Shown piece by piece: positions 30,515 through 38,028 of a stretch of DNA of 64,000 nucleotides. Origin of the DNA: Armatimonadota bacterium (GTDB lineage Bacteria; Armatimonadota; UBA5829; DSUL01); NCBI GenBank assembly GCA_039811685.1, contig JBDHZC010000009.1, forward strand, positions 64,001 through 128,000, read 5' to 3'. Position numbers and translations under genes: made by a program. Under the pieces are notes generated by a model. The model saw only the letters and a program-made list of their open reading frames with translations. It was not told where the DNA came from and ran no database searches. The first letter of the stretch is position 1, and every line of letters begins with the position of its first letter.

Positions 30515-30898
30515 ATGCCAGTCTCGCTCTGTAAGCTGCCGCTCGCAGAGAGGGTCCCTGCTGTTCAGTATGAGTTCTACCTGTGGACGGATGGTGAGCG
30601 CTCGCCCGTTGCCGAGTTTCTGAGTAGCCTCCAGCCCGCAGACCTGGACAAGGTCAAGGCGTTGCTGGTCCGGGTGGCGCGCTGCGGGATTCCGAGGAAT
30701 GGCGAGAGATACAAGCGTCTGGCGGGGAACTACGAAAATCTCCATGAGTTCAAGTTGCACCAGGTGAGGCTCTATTTCTTTATGGAGGGCAAGAAGATTG
30801 TCTTCACGGAGGCAGAGATCAAGAAGAGGGACCGGTCCAACCCCCAGGCGCTTGCCCGAGCTGATGCGCGACGACGGAGATATTCCAGTGAGAAGTAA
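30515..30898 (+). CDS. RelE/HigB (Gp49-like) toxin
   Basis: SPVAEFLSSL...KRLAG...LHEFK...RLYFF...KKRD pattern. Confidence 0.8.
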   Translation: MPVSLCKLPLAERVPAVQYEFYLWTDGERSPVAEFLSSLQPADLDKVKALLVRVARCGIPRNGERYKRLAGNYENLHEFKLHQVRLYFFMEGKKIVFTEAEIKKRDRSNPQALARADARRRRYSSEK

Positions 30899-30911
30899 AA
30901 GGACAGGCGAA

Positions 30912-31340
30912 ATGGCTGTAGATGATTTGTTGAAGAAGATGGCCGGGGGCGCCGAAAGCCCTGTCTATCAGACGGAGAAGGTTATTCTGGATTTCACGGA
31001 GCGCATCTGTGAGATTATGGAAGACTCGGGAACAAGCCGTGCTGAGCTGGCTGAACGGCTCGGGCGCTCTCGTCCGTGGGTGACCAAGCTCCTGAGAGGT
31101 GATCAGAATATGACCATTGCAACGATGGTCGGGGTCATGCTGGCTCTTGGCTACGAACTGAGGCTTGAGGCGCTGCCACGTGACAGGGTCGCTGCGCAGT
31201 GGCAACTCATTGAAGAGAGCCATCCTCCGGTGATTAAACTCTTTCCCAGGGCTGCGCGAGATATCTCTTATGAGTTTGAGGAAGAGCTGGTTGCAGCGGA
31301 AGCAGGGAGCACAGCCGATGGACACACTGTCGCCGCTTGA
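30912..31340 (+). CDS. Xre-HTH antitoxin (HigA-like) with C-terminal extension
   Basis: SRAELAERLGRSRPWVTKLLRGDQNMTIATM; alternative start GTG 30888. Confidence 0.8.
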   Translation: MAVDDLLKKMAGGAESPVYQTEKVILDFTERICEIMEDSGTSRAELAERLGRSRPWVTKLLRGDQNMTIATMVGVMLALGYELRLEALPRDRVAAQWQLIEESHPPVIKLFPRAARDISYEFEEELVAAEAGSTADGHTVAA

Positions 31341-31776
31341 GGCGAACCGGATCTGGGTGGAGCGTCTGGATATTCGTTTTGCGCAGGAGCTTAGGGCGCA
31401 CGACTGCTCGGCCTACGATCTGAAGATTGAGCCAAAGGCATGGAAGGACGCCAGTGGTGTCTCATACAAAGTGCGCCTGGCTTTTGCGCTGCGGCCTCGA
31501 GAAGTGGACCAGTGCTGCTACTCAAAGCTGGATGTCGCGATCGTTGGGGTTTTTACACTTCCTAGTGATACGGATGAGGCGATTCGTAGAAACCTGATTC
31601 CACTCAACTGTTATGTGATTCTCTACGGTTTTGCGCGCGGTCTTGTTGCACAGGTTACCGGTCTGAACCCGGGTGGGCCGTTTCTCTTGCCAGCGGTCAA
31701 TTTTATGGAAGTCCTGCGCGCACAGCGGGCTCCGCGTCGCAAGGCCCTGAGGAGTGAGGTGGCGCAGGCTCAATAG
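31318..31776 (+). CDS. SecB-like chaperone
   Basis: VAIVGVF...NCYVILYGFARGLVAQVTG...PFLLPAVNF resembles the SecB C-terminal signature. Confidence 0.78.
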   Translation: MDTLSPLEANRIWVERLDIRFAQELRAHDCSAYDLKIEPKAWKDASGVSYKVRLAFALRPREVDQCCYSKLDVAIVGVFTLPSDTDEAIRRNLIPLNCYVILYGFARGLVAQVTGLNPGGPFLLPAVNFMEVLRAQRAPRRKALRSEVAQAQ

Positions 31777-31810
31777 ATAGGCGCGTTTTTCTGATAACGG
31801 CGGTTTTTTG

Positions 31811-31845
31811 AAGGCTCTTCGGACTTGTTCCGGAGGGCCTTTTTC
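31811..31845 (+). terminator. Intrinsic terminator closing the TAC cassette
   Basis: AAGGCTCTTCGGA-CTTGT-TCCGGAGGGCCTTTTT. Confidence 0.75.
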
Positions 31846-31888
31846 ATTGCCTGGCTTCGGTGTGAACCAGGAGAAAGGAAGGGTAGGC

Positions 31889-32032
31889 ATGGGGCTTCGT
31901 TGGCTGACACCTTTGTGGGCGGTGGTGCGCTCGGCGGTGCGGCGCAGGCTGCATGAGCTTGTAGATTCTGTGGATGAAGAAGATGTGGAGCGCTTTCGCG
32001 AGCGGCTGCACACCTGTATAGACCTGCTGTGA
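31889..32032 (+). CDS. Small hypothetical protein (47 aa)
   Basis: Purine-rich RBS, amphipathic N-terminus, lies just before the protease gene. Confidence 0.45.
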   Translation: MGLRWLTPLWAVVRSAVRRRLHELVDSVDEEDVERFRERLHTCIDLL

Positions 32033-32046
32033 GAGGAGATGTTCGT

Positions 32047-32847
32047 ATGACGCAAGGCAACAAGGGGACGACGCGCGGCCCGCTTGATGGGCAGCGCGCC
32101 GTAGTAGAACGCGAAGCGCTGCTGTTTGAAACCGGGGACTACCCGGACAAAAACCTGAGCGTTACAGAAGAGACTCTGACGGCAATGGAGAGCGCGTTTG
32201 CGGCTCCAGCGCCCATTCGAGTGGAGCATACGGAGTCTCCAGTGCGCTTTGGCTGGCTGACAAAGGTCTGGAAGAGCGGACGGGCGCTGATGGGCAAGCT
32301 CTCGTTTACGCAGGCGGCATGGGAGTTGGTGCGTGAGAGCGGGGCGCGTTGTCTGTCCATCGGACTCAACCGCGACACACTGGCCATCGAGGAAGTCTCG
32401 TTGGTACGCAGTCCACGTGTGGCTACCGCGCGCATCTTTTCAAACGAAGCGCTGGCCATTTTCACGGCCGATCTGACAGAGGCTTTTTCAGCGGACTCAG
32501 TTGGCGTGGAGGTGGCAAAGCTGCGCTCGGAGCTGGCGCTGCGGGACGCAAAGGAGGATGTGCGGCGCTTTCTTGAGCGCGGCAAGCTTGCTCCCGCGGC
32601 TCAGGACGCGGCGCTGGCTCTGTTGGCGGCCCGATCGGAGCGTGTCAACTTTGGTTCTGAGCCTACCTGCGTAGCTGAGGTGTTCCGGCAGTTTATGGAA
32701 GCGCAGCCGCCTGTGGTACTGTTTGGCGAGCTGGCACCCGGATCTGCTGCGAAGGCCGGCCGGTTCGGCCAGGAAGATAGAAGGGTCTTTGCTCTGATGG
32801 GGATCAGCGAAGACGACATTGCGCGATTTGAGAAGGAGGGAGACTGA
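32047..32847 (+). CDS. Capsid maturation protease/scaffold (Mu gpI-like)
   Basis: VEH, GWL, LSIG and VSLVRSP followed by a helical scaffold-like C-terminus; gene position. Confidence 0.7.
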   Translation: MTQGNKGTTRGPLDGQRAVVEREALLFETGDYPDKNLSVTEETLTAMESAFAAPAPIRVEHTESPVRFGWLTKVWKSGRALMGKLSFTQAAWELVRESGARCLSIGLNRDTLAIEEVSLVRSPRVATARIFSNEALAIFTADLTEAFSADSVGVEVAKLRSELALRDAKEDVRRFLERGKLAPAAQDAALALLAARSERVNFGSEPTCVAEVFRQFMEAQPPVVLFGELAPGSAAKAGRFGQEDRRVFALMGISEDDIARFEKEGD

Positions 32848-33261
32848 ATGGCGGCATTGACACAGGACAGGGACATCTGGCGCAGGGAGGGTCAGATTCT
32901 GAGCGTACCGGTGAAGGGCAACAAGGTGATTTTCAAAGGGGCGCTGGTGTGCTCCAGCGCGGGTTTCGCCACACCCGGCTCTGATACGAACGGGCTGCGT
33001 TTCTGCGGTGTGGCGCTTGAGAGCGCGGACAACACGGGTGGCCCGGACGGCGCGCTGAGTGTGCGAATCTGGCAGAGCGGTGTCTTTCCCGTCAGCAAGC
33101 CCTCCGCAACAGCTTCCGACATTGGCGCGGAGGTGGCGGTCGTGGACGATCAGACAGTTGATCTGCTCAGCGTCACGACCAATGACGTGAAGTGTGGGCG
33201 GATCGTCCGGGTGCTGTCCTCGAGTGAAGTGGAGCTGAAGGTGGATGGCTACGCTTATTGA
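32848..33261 (+). CDS. Capsid decoration/cement protein
   Basis: IFKGALV, GVALESADNTGG and DDQTV; position before the major capsid gene. Confidence 0.7.
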   Translation: MAALTQDRDIWRREGQILSVPVKGNKVIFKGALVCSSAGFATPGSDTNGLRFCGVALESADNTGGPDGALSVRIWQSGVFPVSKPSATASDIGAEVAVVDDQTVDLLSVTTNDVKCGRIVRVLSSSEVELKVDGYAY

Positions 33262-33265
33262 GGGA

Positions 33266-33467
33266 GGGTGTCGGTCTTGATGGCCGGGTGCAGGTGGCCG
33301 GCGGATAAAACCGCGCTTTCGAAGCGAAGTCTCCCTTCGGAGACTATTCGCTTTGTCACGTGTCGGGGGTGCCGGTCTTGATGGCCTGGTGCAGGTGGCC
33401 GGCGGTTAAAACCGCGCTTTCGAAGCGAAGTCTCCCTTCGGAGACTGTTGGTTTTGTCACGTGTCGG
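33266..33467 (+). repeat. Two tandem 101-bp units, each carrying a REP palindrome
   Basis: GGCCGGCGGWTAAAACCGCG...AAGTCTCCCTTCGGAGACT twice. Confidence 0.85.
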
Positions 33468-33523
33468 GGGTGGGCCGGTGATGCGGGTGCGGGTGCGGGA
33501 AAATAGGGAGGTTAGAAGAAGCT

Positions 33524-34420
33524 ATGGGAATTGTAAAATCGGACATTCCCGCCGGGCTGACGGCGGGCGTGCGGGCGCTGTTTCTGAGATCAATGGAGAC
33601 AGCGCCCTCGCACTACCGGAAGCTGGCGATGGTGATGCCATCCACAAAAAGTGAGGAGAAATACGCCTGGCTTTCGAGCGTGCCGGGCGTGCGGGAGTTC
33701 GTGGACGAGCGCCGGGCGGCGAGTTTGCAGGAGCGCTCCTTCACCATTGAAAACAAGACGTGGGAAGCGACTATTGAGGTGGAGCGCGCGGCGCTGGAAG
33801 ACGAGCAGTATGGGCAGATCAAACTGAGAGTGCAATCTCTGGCTGAGGCAGCGGCGCGCCACAAAGAGCAGATGGTCATAGACCTGCTGGCCAGAGGCTT
33901 TACTGATGAGTGCTATGATGGAGAGCCGTTCTTTTCCAGCACTCACCCTGCCGGGAGCGCTACACAATCCAACACGGGCGCCTCCGCTCTGTCTGCGTCT
34001 GCTGTGCAGTCAGCTATCTCTCAGATGGCGAAGCTGACGGACGAAGAGGGGCGGCCGCTGGGAGTTGTTGCGGACACGCTGATTGTGCCCCCCGATCTGG
34101 AATGGAAAGCTCTGGAGCTGGTAGGCAGTATTCTGGGTCCGGAGACGAGCCTGAACGCGATCAACCCTCTGCGCGGTCGTCTGGAAGTTATCGTGAGTCC
34201 GTACCTGACAGACGCGAACAACTGGTTTGTCGCAGCGACGAAAAGCGCCCTGAAGCCGTTCATTCTGCAGGAACGCACGGCTGTGGAGTTTGAGGCTCTG
34301 GATGGGCAGTCCGGCTCTGAGAGCGCCTTCATGCGGGATCGCTTCTACTACGGTGTGCGCGCCCGCTACAACGCGGGATACGGGCTTTGGCAGCTTGCCT
34401 ATGGCAGCGCGGTTAGCTAG
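33524..34420 (+). CDS. Major capsid protein (Mu gpT-like)
   Basis: EKYAWL, ENKTWEATI, CYDGEPFFSSTH, LIVPPDLE and YGLWQLAYGS. Confidence 0.9.
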   Translation: MGIVKSDIPAGLTAGVRALFLRSMETAPSHYRKLAMVMPSTKSEEKYAWLSSVPGVREFVDERRAASLQERSFTIENKTWEATIEVERAALEDEQYGQIKLRVQSLAEAAARHKEQMVIDLLARGFTDECYDGEPFFSSTHPAGSATQSNTGASALSASAVQSAISQMAKLTDEEGRPLGVVADTLIVPPDLEWKALELVGSILGPETSLNAINPLRGRLEVIVSPYLTDANNWFVAATKSALKPFILQERTAVEFEALDGQSGSESAFMRDRFYYGVRARYNAGYGLWQLAYGSAVS

Positions 34421-34445
34421 CCGGCTACGGGTATCAGCTTGTTTC

Positions 34446-34480
34446 GGAGGCCCCGGATGGATTTCCGCGGCCTCTTTTTT
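34446..34480 (+). terminator. Terminator after the major capsid gene
   Basis: GAGGCC...GGCCTC stem followed by T6. Confidence 0.75.
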
Positions 34481-34501
34481 CATCTATTGAAAGGAGCGGA
34501 T

Positions 34502-35005
34502 ATGAGCGATTCTAGAAACGTGCTACCCGTAGCCGTTGATCTGGCGACAAAGCTGGCGGGTGAGGATCAGGTTAACGACTGGACAAAAACGGTGCGTGGC
34601 GGCCCGAGCGCCGCTCGCGTCTATACGCCGGAAGACACCGGCATCAACGGCCAGACGCTCGGGTCGGCGCTTGCGGGCAACTGGGTGGACACTGCGGGCT
34701 TTCGCACTGCCGTCGCGTTCATCCGCGTCGCGGGGACGTACGGCGGGTCCCCTTACGGTCTGGACCTGCTCGGCAGTCCCGTCGGCCCTGGAGACACCTG
34801 GGGGACGGACAATCAGTGGGCGGTGTCTCTTGGAAACCGCAGCGGTCTCACGGCGCTTGGCAGCTTCGTGCTCGGCAACACAGGCGTGGGCAACTACGCG
34901 TCGTCCTCGGCGTGGACTGGCTGCGTTGCCCGAAAGAGCCGTGTGGACGTCGGGGCAGCCGGCGCGAGCGCTCAGGCCTGGGCCTATCTGGTTTGTCTGC
35001 CATGA
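34502..35005 (+). CDS. Hypothetical Gly/Thr-rich protein (possible head fibre or spike)
   Basis: AAGGAG RBS; stop overlaps the next start (ATGA). Confidence 0.6.
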   Translation: MSDSRNVLPVAVDLATKLAGEDQVNDWTKTVRGGPSAARVYTPEDTGINGQTLGSALAGNWVDTAGFRTAVAFIRVAGTYGGSPYGLDLLGSPVGPGDTWGTDNQWAVSLGNRSGLTALGSFVLGNTGVGNYASSSAWTGCVARKSRVDVGAAGASAQAWAYLVCLP

Positions 35006-35691
35006 GAGCCAGATTCCACTACAGACGCATCTGGTTTCTGGGCGACAGCCTGACTGCTGGCTATGACGCATCCGCTGAGAGCGCGTGCTTTCGCACTGTC
35101 GCTACAGCATCGCTGCAGGCAGCAGCCCTGCTGCAGGACGCAGGGGCCCTGGTGATCCATTCAGCCAACCAGTACGGTGGAAAAGTCAAAGACGGCGTAC
35201 GGCAGGCCATTGCGGAGGCCTCCTTTGCCGCAGACATCGCGGTGCTGCAGTTTGGAGAAAATGACCGGCCCTACGCTGTAGCCTTTCCAGAGCAGTACGC
35301 CCGGCTGATTGCCCAGTTTCAGCGGGAAGGGCGGCGGCCGCTGATTGTGGCTTTCTCCATCTGGGCGCCAACGCCAGACGCCTACAGCGCAGCCGTCAAT
35401 GCCGATATTCGCGCTCTGGTAGAGACTTCAGGAGGCGCTTTTGTGGACATTCAGGCGGCGGCATCCGATCCGTTGAACCGCGAAGAAGGCCGGGATGTCA
35501 CCTGGCTGGGGGATGAGCAGCACACTCTGTCTGACAGTTTTCATCCCAACGACAGAGGGCATGCAAAGATGGCCACTGCCCTGATAGACGCGCTGTCCCC
35601 GTGGACAGCAGCAGGGCCACGGCGTCTCGCGGCTTCCGGGCGGCAGAGCTCGCAGACGCGCGGGGCTGCAGCGGAGCGGGTGAGCGCGTGA
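35002..35691 (+). CDS. SGNH/GDSL hydrolase
   Basis: LGDSLT, GEND and DSFHP blocks. Confidence 0.85.
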   Translation: MRARFHYRRIWFLGDSLTAGYDASAESACFRTVATASLQAAALLQDAGALVIHSANQYGGKVKDGVRQAIAEASFAADIAVLQFGENDRPYAVAFPEQYARLIAQFQREGRRPLIVAFSIWAPTPDAYSAAVNADIRALVETSGGAFVDIQAAASDPLNREEGRDVTWLGDEQHTLSDSFHPNDRGHAKMATALIDALSPWTAAGPRRLAASGRQSSQTRGAAAERVSA

Positions 35692-35707
35692 GCGAAAGGA
35701 GTGAGCA

Positions 35708-36142
35708 GTGAGTCTGACTATCACAAAGGCGGATGTCAAGCGCAAATGCATGATTGATGCGGCGGACACAACCTGGGATGCCCCGATTGAGTCGCTGATT
35801 GACGAGATGCAGCCAGCCATCGAGTACACGCTGGATGAGAGCGCTCTGAACGATCCGGAAGCGGGGCTCCAGGCGCTTCTACAGCTTGGCGTCCTGGAGC
35901 TGATTGTGGCGGAATTTCTGGCGCAGCGGTTCCGGGAGGCTGGCTATGCGGAGGAGTTTCAGGTTGGCGCAATTCGTATCGGCCAGCTCTGGGAGCGCGG
36001 AAAGGCGATTTTTGAGCAGGGCGCTGCGCGTCTGGCGCCATTTCGAAAGGCGATGGGCGTGTCGGATGCGCAGACGAAAGTCCTGTCAAGCAGCGTATCC
36101 CACCCTCGTTTGATGTCTTCGACTGAACGGAAGGGCTGGTGA
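35708..36142 (+). CDS. Putative head-tail adaptor
   Basis: TKADVKR N-terminus, helical, size and position; AAGGAG RBS. Confidence 0.55.
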   Translation: MSLTITKADVKRKCMIDAADTTWDAPIESLIDEMQPAIEYTLDESALNDPEAGLQALLQLGVLELIVAEFLAQRFREAGYAEEFQVGAIRIGQLWERGKAIFEQGAARLAPFRKAMGVSDAQTKVLSSSVSHPRLMSSTERKGW

Positions 36143-36444
36143 TGGGGGCTTTTACAAAGCGGATGGATGCGAAGCTGGCAGTGTACGGTGAGCTTATCTC
36201 GCTGGGTGGTGTGGATGTGCGCGCGCTGGTGCAGGACATGACCAGCAGCTACATTACTACCTACTTTGACCCGCCGGATCAGTCTTCCGTGATCCGTCCG
36301 GGACTGCTGGCCGTTGTCGGGGCGGACGTTTCGGCGAGCGCTGGGCAGTCGGTAAGTCTGGGCGCGCGGACCTACACCGTGTGGAAGGTGGCGCCTCAAC
36401 ATCTGGCTGGTCAGGTCGTCTGTCAGGTGCTGGCGCTTTATTGA
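36142..36444 (+). CDS. Putative head-closure (stopper) protein
   Basis: About 100 aa beta-rich, G-x-x-V...TYTV pattern; follows the adaptor. Confidence 0.5.
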   Translation: MGAFTKRMDAKLAVYGELISLGGVDVRALVQDMTSSYITTYFDPPDQSSVIRPGLLAVVGADVSASAGQSVSLGARTYTVWKVAPQHLAGQVVCQVLALY

Positions 36445-36455
36445 AAGGAGGGAGA

Positions 36456-36686
36456 GTGGATAGTAGAGATATTATGTCGCGCCTGGCGGTTATTGAGGCG
36501 CGGCTGCAGGATGCGCTTGGGCATCTAGTGGAGATCCGCCGGCATGTGCCAGGCACGCTGATTTCGCATACCGAACGGATAGCCTCTGTTGAGCGCGCGC
36601 AGAGAAGTCTGGTCTGGGGACTGGCGGCTGCGTTTGGTGGGTTCTTGAGCGCTTTTGTCGCTCACATCTTTGGAGGATTGCCATGA
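36456..36686 (+). CDS. XhlA-like holin / lysis membrane protein
   Basis: Coiled-coil N-terminus plus one C-terminal TM helix; AAGGAGG RBS; precedes the lysin. Confidence 0.55.
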   Translation: MDSRDIMSRLAVIEARLQDALGHLVEIRRHVPGTLISHTERIASVERAQRSLVWGLAAAFGGFLSAFVAHIFGGLP

Positions 36687-37141
36687 TAAGCGCGCAGAGC
36701 GCCGGCGCCCAGCTCGCCGAAGTTTGTGCCCATCTGGCGCACTGGCGCAAGGGCGCGGCCAACCCGGAAGGACGTTGTCTGGAAGCGGTGCGCTGGGCCC
36801 TGGCGCAGGAAGCCTTGAGTCTCCCTGGCCCCTTTGTGCGCCCGAACAACACGGCATTGGGGTGCTTTGATGCCCTGGAGAAAGCGCCGGAGCGGTGGAG
36901 CTGGCAGAGATGGACCCACGCGCAGCATCCCGGACAGAGCCTGCCGCTATGCCTGGTGTTTTTCAAGGACTGCGGGTATCTGTCCGACGGTCGCGTTGCC
37001 GGGCACGTGGCGGTGTACGACCCGGCCCGCCGCCGCCATGAGGCGAATCAGGTATATCCGATGACGCTGTGGTGGGCGCAGCGGTTGATCGGGGCGTTTG
37101 TGCCGCTCAGAAGGCCGGGTATTGGAGGCGCCGGCGGTTGA
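36683..37141 (+). CDS. CHAP/NlpC-P60-like endolysin
   Basis: GRCLEAV...LVFF...GHVAVY...HEAN catalytic pattern. Confidence 0.6.
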   Translation: MISAQSAGAQLAEVCAHLAHWRKGAANPEGRCLEAVRWALAQEALSLPGPFVRPNNTALGCFDALEKAPERWSWQRWTHAQHPGQSLPLCLVFFKDCGYLSDGRVAGHVAVYDPARRRHEANQVYPMTLWWAQRLIGAFVPLRRPGIGGAGG

Positions 37142-37308
37142 AACCGACTCTGCGGGACGGGGAGGCGCCGGCGGTTGAAACCGCGCCTGTGGGACGGGGA
37201 GGCGCCGGCGGTTGAAACCGCGCCTGTGGAACGAAGTCTCCCTTCGGAGACTTTTGGTTGTGAGCCTGCGAAGGCAGGCTTTGTCTGGTTAGAGGCGACT
37301 TCAGTCGC
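37124..37308. repeat. REP cluster: three 37-bp tandem units plus one inverted REP (REPIN-like)
   Basis: GGAGGCGCCGGCGGTTGAAACCG at 37124, 37161 and 37198; inverted copy at about 37262-37308. Confidence 0.85.
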
Positions 37309-37675
37309 TCAGCTCTCTTGACCGGAGAGAATCGACTATCTCCTGTGTCTGGTACACGACTCGGGACTCGGTCCAGGAGGGATTCTGGACGTGGAGCAGC
37401 TCATGCACAATGTCCTCCAGCGTCAGAATTCGCGTGTGATAGATGGTCGCGATATGTGTGTCATAGACCACTCCGACCAGTGACCAGCCCGGGCGGCCGT
37501 CTTCGCCCGTCACCTGAAACCGGCTGATGCGCTCCAGAATGATGCGCTGGGGTATGCGCAGGCGTTGACGCCAGAAATGCGCCGCATCTCTGGCCTGGTC
37601 GTCAGTCAGAGGCTGAAGAGGCGCTCGATGGGATATCTGTGTGTGAACGTGCTGCAAAGACTCCGGCTCCGACAT
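37301..37675 (-). CDS. Small HExxH (zincin-like) hypothetical protein
   Basis: DIVHELLH motif; start uncertain. Confidence 0.5.
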   Translation of the reverse strand: MSEPESLQHVHTQISHRAPLQPLTDDQARDAAHFWRQRLRIPQRIILERISRFQVTGEDGRPGWSLVGVVYDTHIATIYHTRILTLEDIVHELLHVQNPSWTESRVVYQTQEIVDSLRSRELSD

Positions 37676-38028
37676 CCTGCGATGTGAGTGATCCGCCGCC
37701 GGTCTCATCCTGTGCGGCCTTTGCGGACAAGACTTTCACTTGCGACATGTCTAATCATCGGCACAGTTCTGACAGGTCTCCAGTCCTGCTATTCAACGTA
37801 GAGGAGGCTGGCGCGGGCGGTCAGGCGGTGGAGGGCTTCGGACCAGCGCGCCCGCAGAGACTCTCTCACAAAAGGCCCTGCTCAGGCGCCTGCGGCTTCA
37901 GAAAATGGCGAATTCTGGGCTCTCAGTAGAACAAACCGGGCGGTGTCACGCGTCTTTATATGTGCGCGTGTAGAGGGATTGCGGGCGCGCCTTTGTTGTC
38001 CGGCATCGGAGTAAATGAACCAGAGCCT

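Larger units (their letters stand above)
27051..37308 (+). mobile_element. Head-only phage-like / GTA-like gene cluster
   Basis: Co-oriented packaging, head and lysis genes; no tail, integrase, repressor or replication genes. Confidence 0.75.

Noticed and set aside
33266..33467. CRISPR or IS ends
   Set aside because: Whole 101-bp units are duplicated with no unique spacer and no transposase
37124..37251. CRISPR array (37-bp period, GTTGAAAC resembling a repeat end)
   Set aside because: The intervening sequences are only about 14 bp and nearly identical, no cas genes are present, and the same palindrome is dispersed elsewhere as a REP
26824..37960. Complete prophage, transposable Mu-like phage or PICI
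   Set aside because: No integrase, transposase, primase, repressor or tail genes and no flanking att repeat noticed; the only tRNA is 17 kb away
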